A DNA stretch of 64,000 nt from Takakia lepidozioides (taxonomy: Eukaryota; Plantae; Bryophyta), in NCBI GenBank assembly GCA_030704615.1, contig CM060733.1:38874001-38938000 (forward strand). The letters are read 5' to 3'. Numbering within the stretch: position 1 is the first letter of the stretch; each line of letters opens with the position of its first letter. Below the pieces are notes generated by a model that worked only from the letters and a program-made list of their open reading frames with translations, was not told the origin of the DNA and made no database searches. The position numbers and the translations under genes were made by a program. Shown here in pieces: positions 62,200-64,000 of this stretch.

Positions 62200-63660
62200 G
62201 GGGCAGTTACGGAGAACAATTGGGAGCCTGACATTGGACCCATTGTCACCGGAGGAGAGAGACGACGTATACGGCGGTTCCTGAGGGCTTATAGGAATTG
62301 CTTTGCCTTCAGTTTGAAGGACTTGGGGAGCACTGAAGGGTCAAGAGATCGTTATTGAGTTGGCCACTGACACGCCATCTTTCGGAGACCTATAGATACA
62401 GTGACATAGAGAGGTCTTTGATTCAGATGAGGACTCAAGATCTCTGGGAGGCAGGTTTGGTGGAGCTCTCTGGTGGAGAGTATGACTTCAGCCACAGTGA
62501 TGCCAGCTAAGAAGGATGTTATGGCAATGACGGGAGAGATGTAGAATGTATGTGCGGTGATTACCGGCCTGTAAATCGTCAGACCAAGTCCGATAGGTAT
62601 GCCATGCCAACACCCAGAGGGACTTTGATGCCAGTGGGCATTCCAAGGTACTTTGCAGTTGGATTTACGATCGGATATCACCAGTTGCCGATCAGGAGGC
62701 GGATACAGCAATAGACGGCATTCTGGGGATCAATGAGCACGGGAAGGATTGCTATACCAGTGGCGTTCTTACCATTTGGGCTTAAAAATGCTCCCGCTGA
62801 GTTTCAAAGAGTCAGGACAGGATTTAGCAGGGGTTTGGAGTTTGCTCAGTTGCTACATAGATGACATCATCATCTTTAGTGCTTACGGTGAGGAGCATGA
62901 GAGACACCTTCAGGGGGTATTTGAGCGCTTGAGGAGCATGGATTGAAGTTACATCCGGGCAAGTGCAAGTTTTTTCCACAACCAGATTGGTATCTGGGTC
63001 ACATGATATATCTGGAGGATTGGGGGTTACAGCAGACTAAGGTAGAGTCCATTGCACAGGTTCCACGCCCCCACGGATGTGAGCGAGTTCGAGCTTCATG
63101 GGGTTAGCAAACTATACAGACGGTTTGTTAAGGGATTTAGGCCATTGCCAAGGCTCTAACCAAGCTGACCAAGGTGGACCGGAAGTGGCAGTGGAAGATG
63201 AGCAAGAACAAGCTTTTCAAGAGCTCAAGGCGAGGTGACCTCGGCGCCCATCTTGAGACGACCTATCAGGGGGCCGTCCTTTTAGCTACATACAGATTGG
63301 AGATGATGCTGGGCTTGGAGCGGTGCTCCACACAGGTGGATGATGAGGGAAGAGAGTTCGTAGTGCTTATGTAGACGCTCGAAAAACTGCTAAGAGTCTA
63401 AGTATAGCTCATATGAGGGAGAATGCTAGCTGCAGTGTGGGCCGTGGCACACACTTCAGGTGCTATTAACGGGCAATCCTCTCACCCTTGTCACGGATCA
63501 ACCACCACTCAAGTGGTTGCTGGAGTCAGACAAGCTTACGGGGAAGCTTGCACGGTGGGGCACTCATCCTTCAAGAGTATGACTTTCAGGTGGTGCATCG
63601 ACCGGGGTTGGTCAATCGAAATGTAGATGGGTTGAGTCGCAATCCATGCACGGCAGCAGG
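62200..63660 (+). CDS. Gypsy-type reverse transcriptase and RNase H (many indels)
   Basis: MCGDYRPVN, LDLRSGYHQL, TAFWG, PFGLKNAPAEFQR, CYIDDIIIFS (62851), YSSYEGE, QPLKWLLESDKLTGKLAR and LILQEYDFQVVHRPG...VDGLSR. Confidence 0.92.
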
Positions 63661-64000
63661 ATGCACTGGCGCTGGAGGGTGGCATGGTGAGACGGACGAG
63701 GAGGATGGTGCCAGGATGGCATGCATCTGCCATTTCTGGTATCTTGGCAGCGGAAAAAGGCCAGGTTGGACCTACAACAGGGATGACTGTAGATCAAGTG
63801 TATTGGGGACCTGAGGCCAGCAATGAGCAGGGTTGGCCGCAAAGATATACATGAGGATCAGTTGTGTTGGACTACCTCCGCGGAGTGGAGACCGGCAGCA
63901 CGATGACTGCCAAGAGAGAGGGATCGGATCCTACAACGAGCCAAGAGGTTCAGGGGGCGGGGACACACCTACTCCGAGTGTGGGAGGATGGTTGAGTGAG

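Larger units (their letters stand above)
54283..64000 (+). mobile_element. Large Ty3/Gypsy LTR retrotransposon encoding a C5 DNA methyltransferase; extends beyond the window; 5' boundary inferred
   Basis: Domain order is gag, CCHC, PR, DNMT, RT, RNase H. TGTCAAG at 54283 cuts the preceding protease and may be the LTR start. The LTR end and PBS were not identified. Confidence 0.85.

Overview
This is eukaryotic nuclear DNA, most likely from a non-seed land plant (inferred from an F-box gene, a spliced STR10-type rhodanese gene and a PLS/E-class PPR remnant), and it is dominated by transposable elements. From left to right it contains: an F-box gene; two decayed L1-type LINEs lying tail-to-tail; a MITE; a 7.4-kb Mutator-like TIR element with a 9-10 bp TSD; an FCP1/NIF-like pseudogene; a CACTA TnpA-like fragment; two inverted LTRs; a 500-N gap; a second related TIR element; a spliced RAG1/Transib-like DDE transposase pseudogene; the rhodanese gene; LINE, PPR and Gypsy remnants; and a large Ty3/Gypsy retrotransposon that runs off the right edge. 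Three things stand out. (1) The right-hand Gypsy element carries a C5 cytosine DNA methyltransferase inside pol, between protease and RT. (2) The Mutator-like family carries accessory genes, including a 187-aa protein I do not recognise that is intact in two diverged copies, together with a CG-rich palindrome amplified into a tandem array; this resembles the VANDAL/VANC anti-silencing architecture. (3) There is a RAG1-like transposase in a plant. All calls come from reading motifs by eye; no database searches or alignments were run.
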